From NCBI GenBank assembly GCA_934699095.1, contig CAKUVI010000006.1:56461-120460 (forward strand): DNA of 64,000 bases, read 5' to 3'. The notes below the pieces were generated by a model. It did not search any database. It had not been told where the DNA came from and saw nothing but the letters and a program-made list of their open reading frames with translations. Shown piece after piece: positions 54,229-62,481 of this stretch (position 1 is its first letter; each line of letters opens with the position of its first letter). The position numbers were made by a program, and so were the translations under genes. Source of the stretch: an uncultured Bacteroidales bacterium (GTDB lineage: Bacteria; Bacteroidota; Bacteroidia; Bacteroidales; WCHB1-69).

Positions 54229-56757
54229 ATGATAACAGAAGGAAATAAGGAAGGAGAACATTATAGTAAAGAACAAAAGCCGGACAGCATTCGAGTTCAT
54301 GGAGCACGGGTGCACAATCTCAAAAACATAGATGTAAACGTCCCGTTGCACAAGATCGTGGCGGTTGCGGGTGTGTCAGGTTCTGGCAAGTCGTCGTTGG
54401 CATTGGGTGTGCTGTATGCCGAGGGGTCGCGCCGTTACCTGGAGTCGCTCTCTACTTACACCCGCCGCCGCATGACGCAGGCAGCAAAGGCGGATGTTGA
54501 CGAGATATTGTATGTGCCGGCCGCTCTCGCGCTGCACCAGCGGCCGTCGGTGCCTGGCATCCGCTCCACTTTCGGCACCGGCACGGAGCTGCTCAACAGT
54601 CTGCGCCTGATGTACTCACGCTTGGCGGAGCACCGCTGTCCTAACGGGCATTATCTGCGTCCGTCGTTGGCTGTTGCGGCCGGTCAGGAGTCGGTGTGTC
54701 CGGAGTGTGGCGAACATTTCTACGCGCCGGGAGCCGAGGAACTCGCCTTCAACAGTCAGGGTGCCTGCCGACATTGTGGCGGCACAGGCATGGTGCGCAC
54801 CGTTGACATCGCAACCCTCGTGCCAGACCAGTCGCTCTCTATCGACCAAGGCGCCGTGGCACCTTGGAACAGCCTCATGTGGTCGCTCATGACCGATGTG
54901 TGCCGCGCCATGGGTGTCCGCACCGATGTCCCTTTCTGCGAACTTACTGACAAAGAGAAGGATATTGTCTATAACGGACCTGCTGAGAAAAAACATATTC
55001 TCTACAAGTCGAAGAATTCGAATGTTTCTGGGGAGATGGATTTCACGTACTATAATGCAGTATATACTGTGGAGAATGCATTGGCCAAGGTGAAAGATGA
55101 GAAAGGCATGAAGAGGGTTGAGAAGTTCCTCAGGGAGGATGTCTGCCCGGAATGCCACGGCACACGTCTCTCGGAAGCGGCTCGGGCACCACGTCTGCGC
55201 TGCATCGGTCTTGACGAGGCCTGTACCATGACTCTGTCGCAGCTCTCTGAATGGGTTGACGGTGTGCCGGCTTCGCTCCCTGAAGAGATGCGCCCGATGG
55301 CCGAGAGCATCTGCGAGTCGTTCCGCACTGCCGCCGCCCGCCTCATGGACCTCGGGCTCGGATACCTTACCCTCGACCGCGCCGCCTCGACTCTCTCAAC
55401 GGGCGAACGGCAACGTATGCAATTGGCACGCGCAGTGCGCAACCGCACAACAGGAGTACTCTATGTCCTTGACGAACCGTCCATTGGACTGCATCCATCT
55501 AACATCGTGGGCCTCAATGGCGTGATGCACGACCTCGTGGCCGACGGCAATACGGTGCTCTTGGTTGACCACGACACACAGATACTTCAAGAAGCCGATT
55601 GGATGATTGAACTCGGACCGGAAGCCGGTGCCAACGGAGGAAGAGTGATTGCTGAAGGTACTGTTGATGACATTGTCGCTAATCCTGAATCCCAAATAGG
55701 ACCTTTCCTCAATAAAAATCAAGTTCACGGATGGAATGAGTCTGATGCCGACAGTCTGTTTGAATTCGGAAAGATTCATCTTTCAACAAAAATGATACAT
55801 ACCGTAAAGCCTTTGGAGGTGGATATTCCCAAAGGAAAACTCACGGTTGTGACCGGCGTGTCGGGCTCCGGCAAGACCACAATGATATTGGAGAGCCTTG
55901 TGCCGGCATTAGAGGCGATGACAGCAAAGAAGCAGATGCCAGGACATGTAGCCGGAATATCAGCGGACGGCATTGAACATGTAAAACTCATCGATGCTTC
56001 GCCTATAGGCGTAAACGTGCGTTCCACGGTGGCTACATACGCAAACGTACATGACGAACTGCGCAAGATATATGCCCGTTCAGCAGAAGCCAAAAAGCGC
56101 GGCTATAATGCTGGCGATTTCTCCTACAATACCGGAATCCTGCGCTGCCCCGTCTGCGACGGGACAGGGTCGATAAGCCTTGATGTACAGTTTTTGCCGG
56201 ATGTTGATATCCCTTGTCCTGATTGCAGGGGCTCGCGCTATTCGAAGGCGGCATATAGTGTGCACCACACGAACAAGTGCGATGAAACACGCTCGCTGCC
56301 CGAATTGATGGACATGGACGTGCGTTCTGCAATGGATTTCTGCAGGGATATGAAAAATGTTTACCCAAAACTTGAGGTCCTCAACAGTCTCGGGTTGGGC
56401 TATCTTACCCTCGGTGAAGAGACCCCAAGCCTGTCGGGCGGTGAAGCGCAACGCCTGAAGTTGGCCACTGAGATGGGCCGCCTCCAGCATGATTCGGTGT
56501 TTGTGTTCGACGAACCTACAATCGGACTCCACCCGTTGGATGTACGTACACTGTTGCAAGTGTTTGACACTCTGATAAAAAACGGTGCCACAGTGGTGGT
56601 TATTGAACACGACCTTGACGTTATCCGAGCCGCTGACTATATCATTGATATGGGGCCTGGCGGCGGCGACGACGGCGGAAGAATCGTTGCCACCGGCACA
56701 CCCTTGCAAGTGGCTCATAACAAAAACAGCATAACAGGTTCTTTCCTGCTATGCTGA
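54229..56757 (+). CDS. UvrA-family ABC ATPase paralog lacking the UvrB-binding domain (class II-like UvrA)
   Basis: The track start at 54226 is a GTG and the ATG is at 54229. It has two ABC modules ([21 protein letters not shown]; signatures [24 protein letters not shown]). Only ~17 aa separate the CPNGH and CPECG zinc ligands, where canonical UvrA carries the ~140-aa UvrB-binding domain. Confidence 0.85.
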   Translation: MITEGNKEGEHYSKEQKPDSIRVHGARVHNLKNIDVNVPLHKIVAVAGVSGSGKSSLALGVLYAEGSRRYLESLSTYTRRRMTQAAKADVDEILYVPAALALHQRPSVPGIRSTFGTGTELLNSLRLMYSRLAEHRCPNGHYLRPSLAVAAGQESVCPECGEHFYAPGAEELAFNSQGACRHCGGTGMVRTVDIATLVPDQSLSIDQGAVAPWNSLMWSLMTDVCRAMGVRTDVPFCELTDKEKDIVYNGPAEKKHILYKSKNSNVSGEMDFTYYNAVYTVENALAKVKDEKGMKRVEKFLREDVCPECHGTRLSEAARAPRLRCIGLDEACTMTLSQLSEWVDGVPASLPEEMRPMAESICESFRTAAARLMDLGLGYLTLDRAASTLSTGERQRMQLARAVRNRTTGVLYVLDEPSIGLHPSNIVGLNGVMHDLVADGNTVLLVDHDTQILQEADWMIELGPEAGANGGRVIAEGTVDDIVANPESQIGPFLNKNQVHGWNESDADSLFEFGKIHLSTKMIHTVKPLEVDIPKGKLTVVTGVSGSGKTTMILESLVPALEAMTAKKQMPGHVAGISADGIEHVKLIDASPIGVNVRSTVATYANVHDELRKIYARSAEAKKRGYNAGDFSYNTGILRCPVCDGTGSISLDVQFLPDVDIPCPDCRGSRYSKAAYSVHHTNKCDETRSLPELMDMDVRSAMDFCRDMKNVYPKLEVLNSLGLGYLTLGEETPSLSGGEAQRLKLATEMGRLQHDSVFVFDEPTIGLHPLDVRTLLQVFDTLIKNGATVVVIEHDLDVIRAADYIIDMGPGGGDDGGRIVATGTPLQVAHNKNSITGSFLLC

Positions 56758-56786
56758 ATTTGTGTCTGACTTCTGGTACAGAAAGT

Positions 56787-59396
56787 CTATTTCAACACGG
56801 CATTGAGCATCATCTCACCCAAGCCGATGTGGTAGCCTTCTGACACGAACAGTATGTTGCCGAGTTTGTCAACAACAAGACAAACAGGCCTTTCTCCCGT
56901 GGTGTGGCTCATGAATCCGTCGTGGACGGCATTGTTCAAAGCATCGGTAATGCATGAAGTGACATCTCCGGTGGCTTTGGTGATGACTTCCAAATTTGCC
57001 GGCTGATTTTTTTCCTTCTTCCAATTGTTGTTGGGCGACACGAAGAAAATCTTGCCTCCCCACGTCTCATAATCCTTCTGTTTGGCAGCCATCTCTTTCG
57101 CCAAATGGTTTGTCGGCTCCGATCCTGGCAGTACAAGGCAGAGGATCATCTTGTCTTTGCCCGATTCAGAAATCAGCTGCGCCAAACTCTTCCCGTTGAT
57201 TTTAGCGGTTGTCAGGTTTATCCTGCCGAAGTTGTTGGTGCGAGGTGTCAACTCTGGTATGGTAACTGTCAGATCGTAGTGATCTTGGGCCTTGAGTGTG
57301 AAAAACTTAAGTTGAGATTGTACTTCGCCATCGCTGTAACGGTTGCCGGTTGACAAGCAGTAGTTGCCAGCTGGAAGGTTGAGCGTATAGTGACTTTTCT
57401 CCACCCTTGGGTCTCCCTCAAAATCGTATGAAACGTATTCACCGTTTTCGAAACGTTGGATAGTGTAGTGGATATAGTAGGTGTAGTTGTCAGGATTATG
57501 GATTGTGAGATTTGCAAGTTTGTCTTGCGGAACAACCTCTTTGTTTTCAAATGTGAACTCCTGCCAAGTGCTGTTTGTCCATACGTAGATGTTGTTGGAG
57601 GCGTTGTCGAGGTAGCATGGAATGTTGCAGCTGCGGCATGCCGCAACGAAGAAAATGTCACGGGAGTGAGCATCGGAACGTTTGGTCTTCAACACACCCA
57701 TCGGGCTGATAGGACAATTGTAATAGTTGCATAGCGGGTCAACAGTGATGAATTTTTTTGTCCAGTTGAAGATAGACTGAGCGGTAGGTGCAGGATCGGG
57801 GAGTGCTTCAGAGAAAAACATGAAAAGGTCAGATCTCCAATCTCTGATCAGTTCGTTTGAGATACGGGCCGGCAAAATACCTTTTACAAATATGTCTTTT
57901 GGTAATTTGGTGTTTCTGTGGTACTTCAGCTGTTTTTCTAAAGTTTCTGCCTCGGTATCGCGCAAATCTTTGTCTGCCAAAGCGTTAACGAACTCTTTGA
58001 GATATAGTCCGTCCTCTTTTTTGCTGTGATTTTGGAGAAATTTTATGATTTCAGCATGATTGCCCTCGCTACGATGTATTATATCAAAGAACTCGTCATC
58101 GCTGAAATATTCGTTGTGATACTTGGCTGTCTGTTGTCTTGTGGGGAATGTGGCGCGATAGGCCTCTCTTTTTTTGTCTTCTTTGGCTAATCTTTTGTCG
58201 CAAGCTGCTTGAGCTGAGGTACTTACAAAAGAATTCAAGGGCTTTCCTGCTGGCGGGTTCATGTCTAAAAGTTTAGGAATAGAGATCTCGCTAGACAAGG
58301 TCGCTTCCTCAAAGTCTTTGAGAATCAAGACTAAATGGTTCTGTTTGCGCAGGTCAAGTTTCGACCAAGCGAAGTCGTTGCTCTGTTTGGCCCACACTAA
58401 CAGGTCGCCGAGTCCGGTGTTCAGCTTGGCACGCCCGTCTTTGTCTGTTTTCACCTCGGCAAGCGTATAATATTCGGCGTAATTGTATAGTTTGAAGCAT
58501 ACAGATGCGTTTTTGGCCGGTCTGTGCAGTTTGTCGTAAACGGTGACGTATGCGGTGGTTGTGTCGGCGTAGTTTGAAAGGAGATTGATGCAGGAATAAT
58601 AGGGGGTCTGTTTGTTCACTTCTTCAGATCCGTTGTATTTGCCGAAAACATTGGTGTGAACCATCATTGTTCGGGTGGATACGTTTGCGAACCAGCCCAT
58701 GTTAAGAGCTGGTGCAGGTTCGCAGGCGCCGAGGAAGTACCATTTGCCGTCAACCCAAACTTCCACCCAGGCGTGGTTGTCGTCGCAGTGTGCCCAGCGC
58801 GGGGTATAGCACTGGCGTGCGGGAATTCCCACAGCGCGCAAGGCAGTCACAGTGAGAGTGCTCTCTTCGCCGCAACGCCCGTGCGATGTGCGCAACGTGG
58901 CCAAAGGCGCCGATGTGCGGGCATCGGCCGGCTGGTAGTCAACATATTCATGGCACCAGTGGTTCACCTCAAGTGCCGCATCATACATGCTCATGTCTTT
59001 GATGCGATTTTTCAGCTGGTGGAAGATGTATGAGCGCGCCGTGTCCAAATTCTCGTTGTTCACCCTGTAAACCAATACAAAATGACGGAATACATCCTCC
59101 GGAACTTTAGCACCCCATGAAAATGTCTTGCGTGCTTCGCATGCTATCGCCACTTGCTGCTCGAAAAACGACAAATCGTAGTCGGCAAGATCGCTTTGCG
59201 GCATGTATGCATACAAGAATTTCAGATAATTTGCAGTCTCTTTGTCGTATGAGTTGATTTTCGTGATTAAGGCTTCAGTGACACCGTCCCTGTTATTGAA
59301 ATCCTGTTCAACTGTCTTCCAATAATCAGTTTGAGAAGTGGCGGTGAATATTGTTACAATAGTTACAAATGAGATGATGACTGTTTTTTTGAGCAT
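56787..59396 (-). CDS. Secreted transglutaminase-like (Cys-His-Asp papain-fold) domain protein, large multidomain
   Basis: 869 aa with a signal peptide and the core GRCGEESTLTVTALRAVGIPARQCYTPRWAHCDDNHAWVEVWVDGKWYFLGACEP. It lies 12 nt downstream of the DUF5689-like gene. Confidence 0.75.
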   Translation of the reverse strand: MLKKTVIISFVTIVTIFTATSQTDYWKTVEQDFNNRDGVTEALITKINSYDKETANYLKFLYAYMPQSDLADYDLSFFEQQVAIACEARKTFSWGAKVPEDVFRHFVLVYRVNNENLDTARSYIFHQLKNRIKDMSMYDAALEVNHWCHEYVDYQPADARTSAPLATLRTSHGRCGEESTLTVTALRAVGIPARQCYTPRWAHCDDNHAWVEVWVDGKWYFLGACEPAPALNMGWFANVSTRTMMVHTNVFGKYNGSEEVNKQTPYYSCINLLSNYADTTTAYVTVYDKLHRPAKNASVCFKLYNYAEYYTLAEVKTDKDGRAKLNTGLGDLLVWAKQSNDFAWSKLDLRKQNHLVLILKDFEEATLSSEISIPKLLDMNPPAGKPLNSFVSTSAQAACDKRLAKEDKKREAYRATFPTRQQTAKYHNEYFSDDEFFDIIHRSEGNHAEIIKFLQNHSKKEDGLYLKEFVNALADKDLRDTEAETLEKQLKYHRNTKLPKDIFVKGILPARISNELIRDWRSDLFMFFSEALPDPAPTAQSIFNWTKKFITVDPLCNYYNCPISPMGVLKTKRSDAHSRDIFFVAACRSCNIPCYLDNASNNIYVWTNSTWQEFTFENKEVVPQDKLANLTIHNPDNYTYYIHYTIQRFENGEYVSYDFEGDPRVEKSHYTLNLPAGNYCLSTGNRYSDGEVQSQLKFFTLKAQDHYDLTVTIPELTPRTNNFGRINLTTAKINGKSLAQLISESGKDKMILCLVLPGSEPTNHLAKEMAAKQKDYETWGGKIFFVSPNNNWKKEKNQPANLEVITKATGDVTSCITDALNNAVHDGFMSHTTGERPVCLVVDKLGNILFVSEGYHIGLGEMMLNAVLK

Positions 59397-59408
59397 GACA
59401 AATGGTTT

Positions 59409-60704
59409 TTAGTTGTTTTTTCCGGAATTCATTATCTTGATTCCCCTTACGGCCCAGCGTGTTCCGTCAGCCGAGCCGTTCTTCCTGTATCTCATGGCTA
59501 TGCGGAAGTTGCTGTTGTTGACTTGGCTTAAAGCAAGAGCATTGCTGAGGGCGAATGCACTCGGGTAGTTGTTGATGTTCGGCGTGAAGGCATGCCAATC
59601 GCCCTCGTCGAATGTCCCGCCATTGTATGTGGTGGAATAGTAAACCTGGTAATATGTTGCAGGACTGCCGCCCACGTTGTTCTGATGGTCGAGATAAAGC
59701 ACGGCATTGGCAAATTCATCAATGTGCAAAGCCGGTGAAATCAGCCAGTCGTCGCACTCGGAACTGCTGTTGTTGTGATAGATGAAGTCGTTGCCTCCAA
59801 AGGTCTGGAATTTCCAAGACTGGTTGTCAGGATATTGCGACCATCCACCGGTTGTGAGACTGTTGTTGTTGAAGGTGATGTCTTCAATGGTGGATTCTGG
59901 AACAACTGAACTCGGTTGTATGTCGTCCTTTGTACGGAGAGTGAGCTGATAATCGCTGTTGTAAACGCTCAGGATGCCATAGAGACAATACTCCTTTGAG
60001 GCGTCAATCACAGTGTTGCGGAAAAGTGCGTAGTTGCTGGTGCGCACCACCACCGTGGCTCCGTTGACAGTGATGTTGCGGTCTGTGGTGAAATCATTGT
60101 CTGCCAAGGGCTGGCCGTTGTCGGCTGCATCAAACTTGCATCCGTTGATCTTTACAAGGCAGTTGACGTTCTCTGCGGTCAGGTCGTTGGCACCCGTGAT
60201 TTCTATCGGGTTGGCGATGAGAGGGTTCTTGAGATCTGGCAGACCATCCTTGCTGATGTATCTTGATATGAAATGCTGTTGTATCCTGCCTACTGAACCA
60301 TCGTATTTCCATCCAATCTGATATTTGTTGTGATAATCGCCGACAATAAGTCCTGCACAATTAAGGTAAACAGTCTGGCCGACAGGATATTCGTTGAAAA
60401 GGCTTGTGCGGTCGAGGGCTATCTCGATGCCGCCGGTTTCATCTTGCACAGTGATATATTTGTAGCAGTTGCCTCCTTGGTCGGAGCTCACAACCACAGC
60501 CTTCACAACAAAGGTTTCATCATATCTGCAAATGGAATCCTGACTGCCGGTCCCTAACGAAGGGTGCATGGCTTTGATGTCTGCAATGGTTTTGTTGGCA
60601 GCCGGACCGTCATAAACGGGTATCTCCAATTCTGGGGCCTCCCAACGGTTACAACTGAACAACAAGGTTGCCAATGATATTATGAATAATGAAGATTTTT
60701 TCAT
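59409..60704 (-). CDS. Surface lipoprotein: N-terminal OB-fold-like (DUF5689-like) region plus a C-terminal choice-of-anchor-J-like domain
   Basis: 431 aa with a lipoprotein signal (LLFSC). The motif VVSSDQGGNCYKYITVQDETGGIEIAL...YPVGQTVYLNCAGLIVGDY fits my memory of DUF5689. The C-terminus GGWSQY...CDDWLISPAL fits choice-of-anchor J. Confidence 0.6.
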   Translation of the reverse strand: MKKSSLFIISLATLLFSCNRWEAPELEIPVYDGPAANKTIADIKAMHPSLGTGSQDSICRYDETFVVKAVVVSSDQGGNCYKYITVQDETGGIEIALDRTSLFNEYPVGQTVYLNCAGLIVGDYHNKYQIGWKYDGSVGRIQQHFISRYISKDGLPDLKNPLIANPIEITGANDLTAENVNCLVKINGCKFDAADNGQPLADNDFTTDRNITVNGATVVVRTSNYALFRNTVIDASKEYCLYGILSVYNSDYQLTLRTKDDIQPSSVVPESTIEDITFNNNSLTTGGWSQYPDNQSWKFQTFGGNDFIYHNNSSSECDDWLISPALHIDEFANAVLYLDHQNNVGGSPATYYQVYYSTTYNGGTFDEGDWHAFTPNINNYPSAFALSNALALSQVNNSNFRIAMRYRKNGSADGTRWAVRGIKIMNSGKNN

Positions 60705-60741
60705 AGGTGTTTGAATTTCAATTTGTTATGATGATTAATGA

Positions 60742-61995
60742 TTATTTTGACAAGCCTTTGATTGCAATATTGGATATGTACCACGATGATTTGTCGCAGT
60801 CGTGGCGGAAGGCCATTCTGAACGTCGGTGAAGCGGCTTCGGCAGGAAGTGCCACAGAAACATCGCTCTGGGCCGTTGATCCGGAGTACTGAGACAGGTC
60901 AATCTGAGTCCATTGGGTTGTGGTGGGGTCGCCGGTGTAGTTGGTCGTGTAGTAGCAACGCATTTTTTCAGGGAAGAATGTTTTCGGGGCGCGGTGCGTG
61001 AAGTTGAGCGTGGGCTCTTGCACACCGCTCATGTTGATGGCCGGGGAAATGAGCCACTTGTCCTGAACCTCCGATGGATTGATGGAGAAGCCGCTGAAGC
61101 TGCTGTTGCTCAAAGTGTACCACTCATTGCCAGTTCCGCTCTGCGTCCAGCCGTTGTCGAAAGCTGTTGTGTAGTCGCTGACAGAATAGATGGTCTGCAT
61201 CGTCTGTGGCACAGAGAAGTTCTCGAGGTCGTCAAGACTGCTGATGACAAGTTGGACTGTGCTGTTGTAGCGGGTGAGGATGCCGGTGATATTGCCGACT
61301 CCCACGGGCAGCGTAGTGCCTGCAAATTTCGCGTAGTTGCTGGTCCGCAGGGTGATGGTTGACCCGTCCGTCATCTTGATGTCATGGCTGGTGGCTGCAT
61401 TCGGCTCGGAGAAGGTGGCGATGCCTCCCTCTACGAATGACGCTCCTTCCAATCGTACCAAACGGTTGTAATATTCGGTTGGAATGTCGTTGGCGCCAGG
61501 TATGCTCGTGAAGACTATGGTAGGGGAGACAGGCTGCGGGGTTCCGTCTATGAAGATGTACTTATAGGCCTTGTTGCTCGGTATGGCCTGCATAGAACCG
61601 TTAACCCACATGCCAAGCTGATGTAGCTTGCGGTAGTCGCCGATGTGCAGTCCGTCGCACTTCACATACACACGCTGTCCGACCTTGTACTTGTTGTATA
61701 GGGCGGTGCTGTTGATTTTGATCTGGATTCCGGCGGTGCCGTCCTCGATGTTGATGGATTTGTAGTTGTTGCCCCACTCGTCGGAGGTGGTTACAATTCC
61801 GGTGATGATTGTGCCCGCTGGAATGGTGTCGTAGGAATCCAAATCCCCGCACTCATGCAGCGACAGCAATTCGGCAATTGTCATGTTTGCTTCCCCGTCA
61901 AATGTAGGCACCGGGGCAATGTCAGGTTCCAGGTTGCAACCTTGTAGAAAAAGGCATCCTATTATAATAATCGATGCTAAATGTCTGAATTTCAT
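60742..61995 (-). CDS. Surface lipoprotein, paralog of 59409..60704 (DUF5689-like plus choice-of-anchor-J-like)
   Basis: 417 aa with a lipoprotein signal (FLQGC). It has the same architecture: VTTSDEWGNNYKSINIEDGTAGIQIKI...YKVGQRVYVKCDGLHIGDY, and a C-terminal NGWTQS...DKWLISPAI. Confidence 0.6.
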   Translation of the reverse strand: MKFRHLASIIIIGCLFLQGCNLEPDIAPVPTFDGEANMTIAELLSLHECGDLDSYDTIPAGTIITGIVTTSDEWGNNYKSINIEDGTAGIQIKINSTALYNKYKVGQRVYVKCDGLHIGDYRKLHQLGMWVNGSMQAIPSNKAYKYIFIDGTPQPVSPTIVFTSIPGANDIPTEYYNRLVRLEGASFVEGGIATFSEPNAATSHDIKMTDGSTITLRTSNYAKFAGTTLPVGVGNITGILTRYNSTVQLVISSLDDLENFSVPQTMQTIYSVSDYTTAFDNGWTQSGTGNEWYTLSNSSFSGFSINPSEVQDKWLISPAINMSGVQEPTLNFTHRAPKTFFPEKMRCYYTTNYTGDPTTTQWTQIDLSQYSGSTAQSDVSVALPAEAASPTFRMAFRHDCDKSSWYISNIAIKGLSK

Positions 61996-62010
61996 ATACT
62001 TAATTGTTTG

Positions 62011-62051
62011 TTTATTCTTTCTGTGAAACTTTTATTCTTTCTATGTAAAAC
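62011..62051 (-). repeat. Imperfect 20-bp tandem direct repeat in the 5' leader of the DUF5689-like operon
   Basis: tttattctttctgtgaaac / tttattctttctatgtaaaac, with the first 12 nt identical. It lies between the -7 box (62090) and the ATG (61995). Confidence 0.7.
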
Positions 62052-62089
62052 AATAAACTGTTCAAAACAGTCCACTTTGTTTTAAACTG

Positions 62090-62097
62090 CAAAAATA
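62090..62097 (-). promoter_or_regulatory. -7 promoter box (TATTTTTG) for the DUF5689-like/transglutaminase operon
   Basis: The plus strand reads caaaaata. It lies ~95 nt upstream of the ATG at 61995. Confidence 0.5.
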
Positions 62098-62204
62098 ATA
62101 TTTTCCAGCTTCAATGATATATTATACCAAATAAAAAAATCTCATGAGGACGATATCTTCCATATTGTATTTCTGACTGTTTGTCTTCGGCATATTTCTG
62201 ATAG

Positions 62205-62216
62205 AAACGTACGTTT
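62205..62216. promoter_or_regulatory. Perfect 12-bp palindrome AAACGTACGTTT (copy 3 of 3) in a divergent intergenic region
   Basis: Read directly from atagAAACGTACGTTTtccc. It is identical to 39625-39636 and lies between divergent promoter boxes at 62090 (-) and 62334 (+). Confidence 0.6.
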
Positions 62217-62333
62217 TCCCAAAACAGTATTGGTGATGCTTGATGACAACCGCGGGACGCGTTTGCCTACATTTACATCGATTAAACTTTTTTTACAAAA
62301 AAATGTCAAAGCGTGTTGTATGAATAAAAAATG

Positions 62334-62341
62334 TATATTTG
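62334..62341 (+). promoter_or_regulatory. -7 promoter box (TATATTTG) for the right-edge surface-protein gene
   Basis: AAAAAATGTATATTTGCAGG. It lies ~141 nt upstream of the ATG at 62482, giving a long leader. Confidence 0.5.
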
Positions 62342-62481
62342 CAGGTTAACTAATATTTGTTAAAAGGCTACTAACTACAAGGATCTCAGAACTTAACGAC
62401 GCTGACTTTACTGTATTTTCTTCCAAAATCGACACATTAACGTAACACAATAACAATTTTTATTAACAAAAACCAAAAAAG

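Noticed and set aside
54616-56718. Multiple 60-212-aa antisense ORFs inside the uvrA-like gene (for example 56080..56718-), and similar ones inside clpX, pfk, GH78 and the esterase gene
   Set aside because: They are overlapped entirely by strongly supported sense genes. They are expected by-products of GC-rich codon usage.
62090-62341. Invertible promoter (phase-variation switch) in the divergent region containing AAACGTACGTTT
   Set aside because: I found only one copy of the invertase-like core in this region and no inverted partner flanking either promoter box. The nearest candidates (gggacgcgtttgcc, ttaacgtaacac) match poorly. It is kept as a motif finding, not called as a switch.
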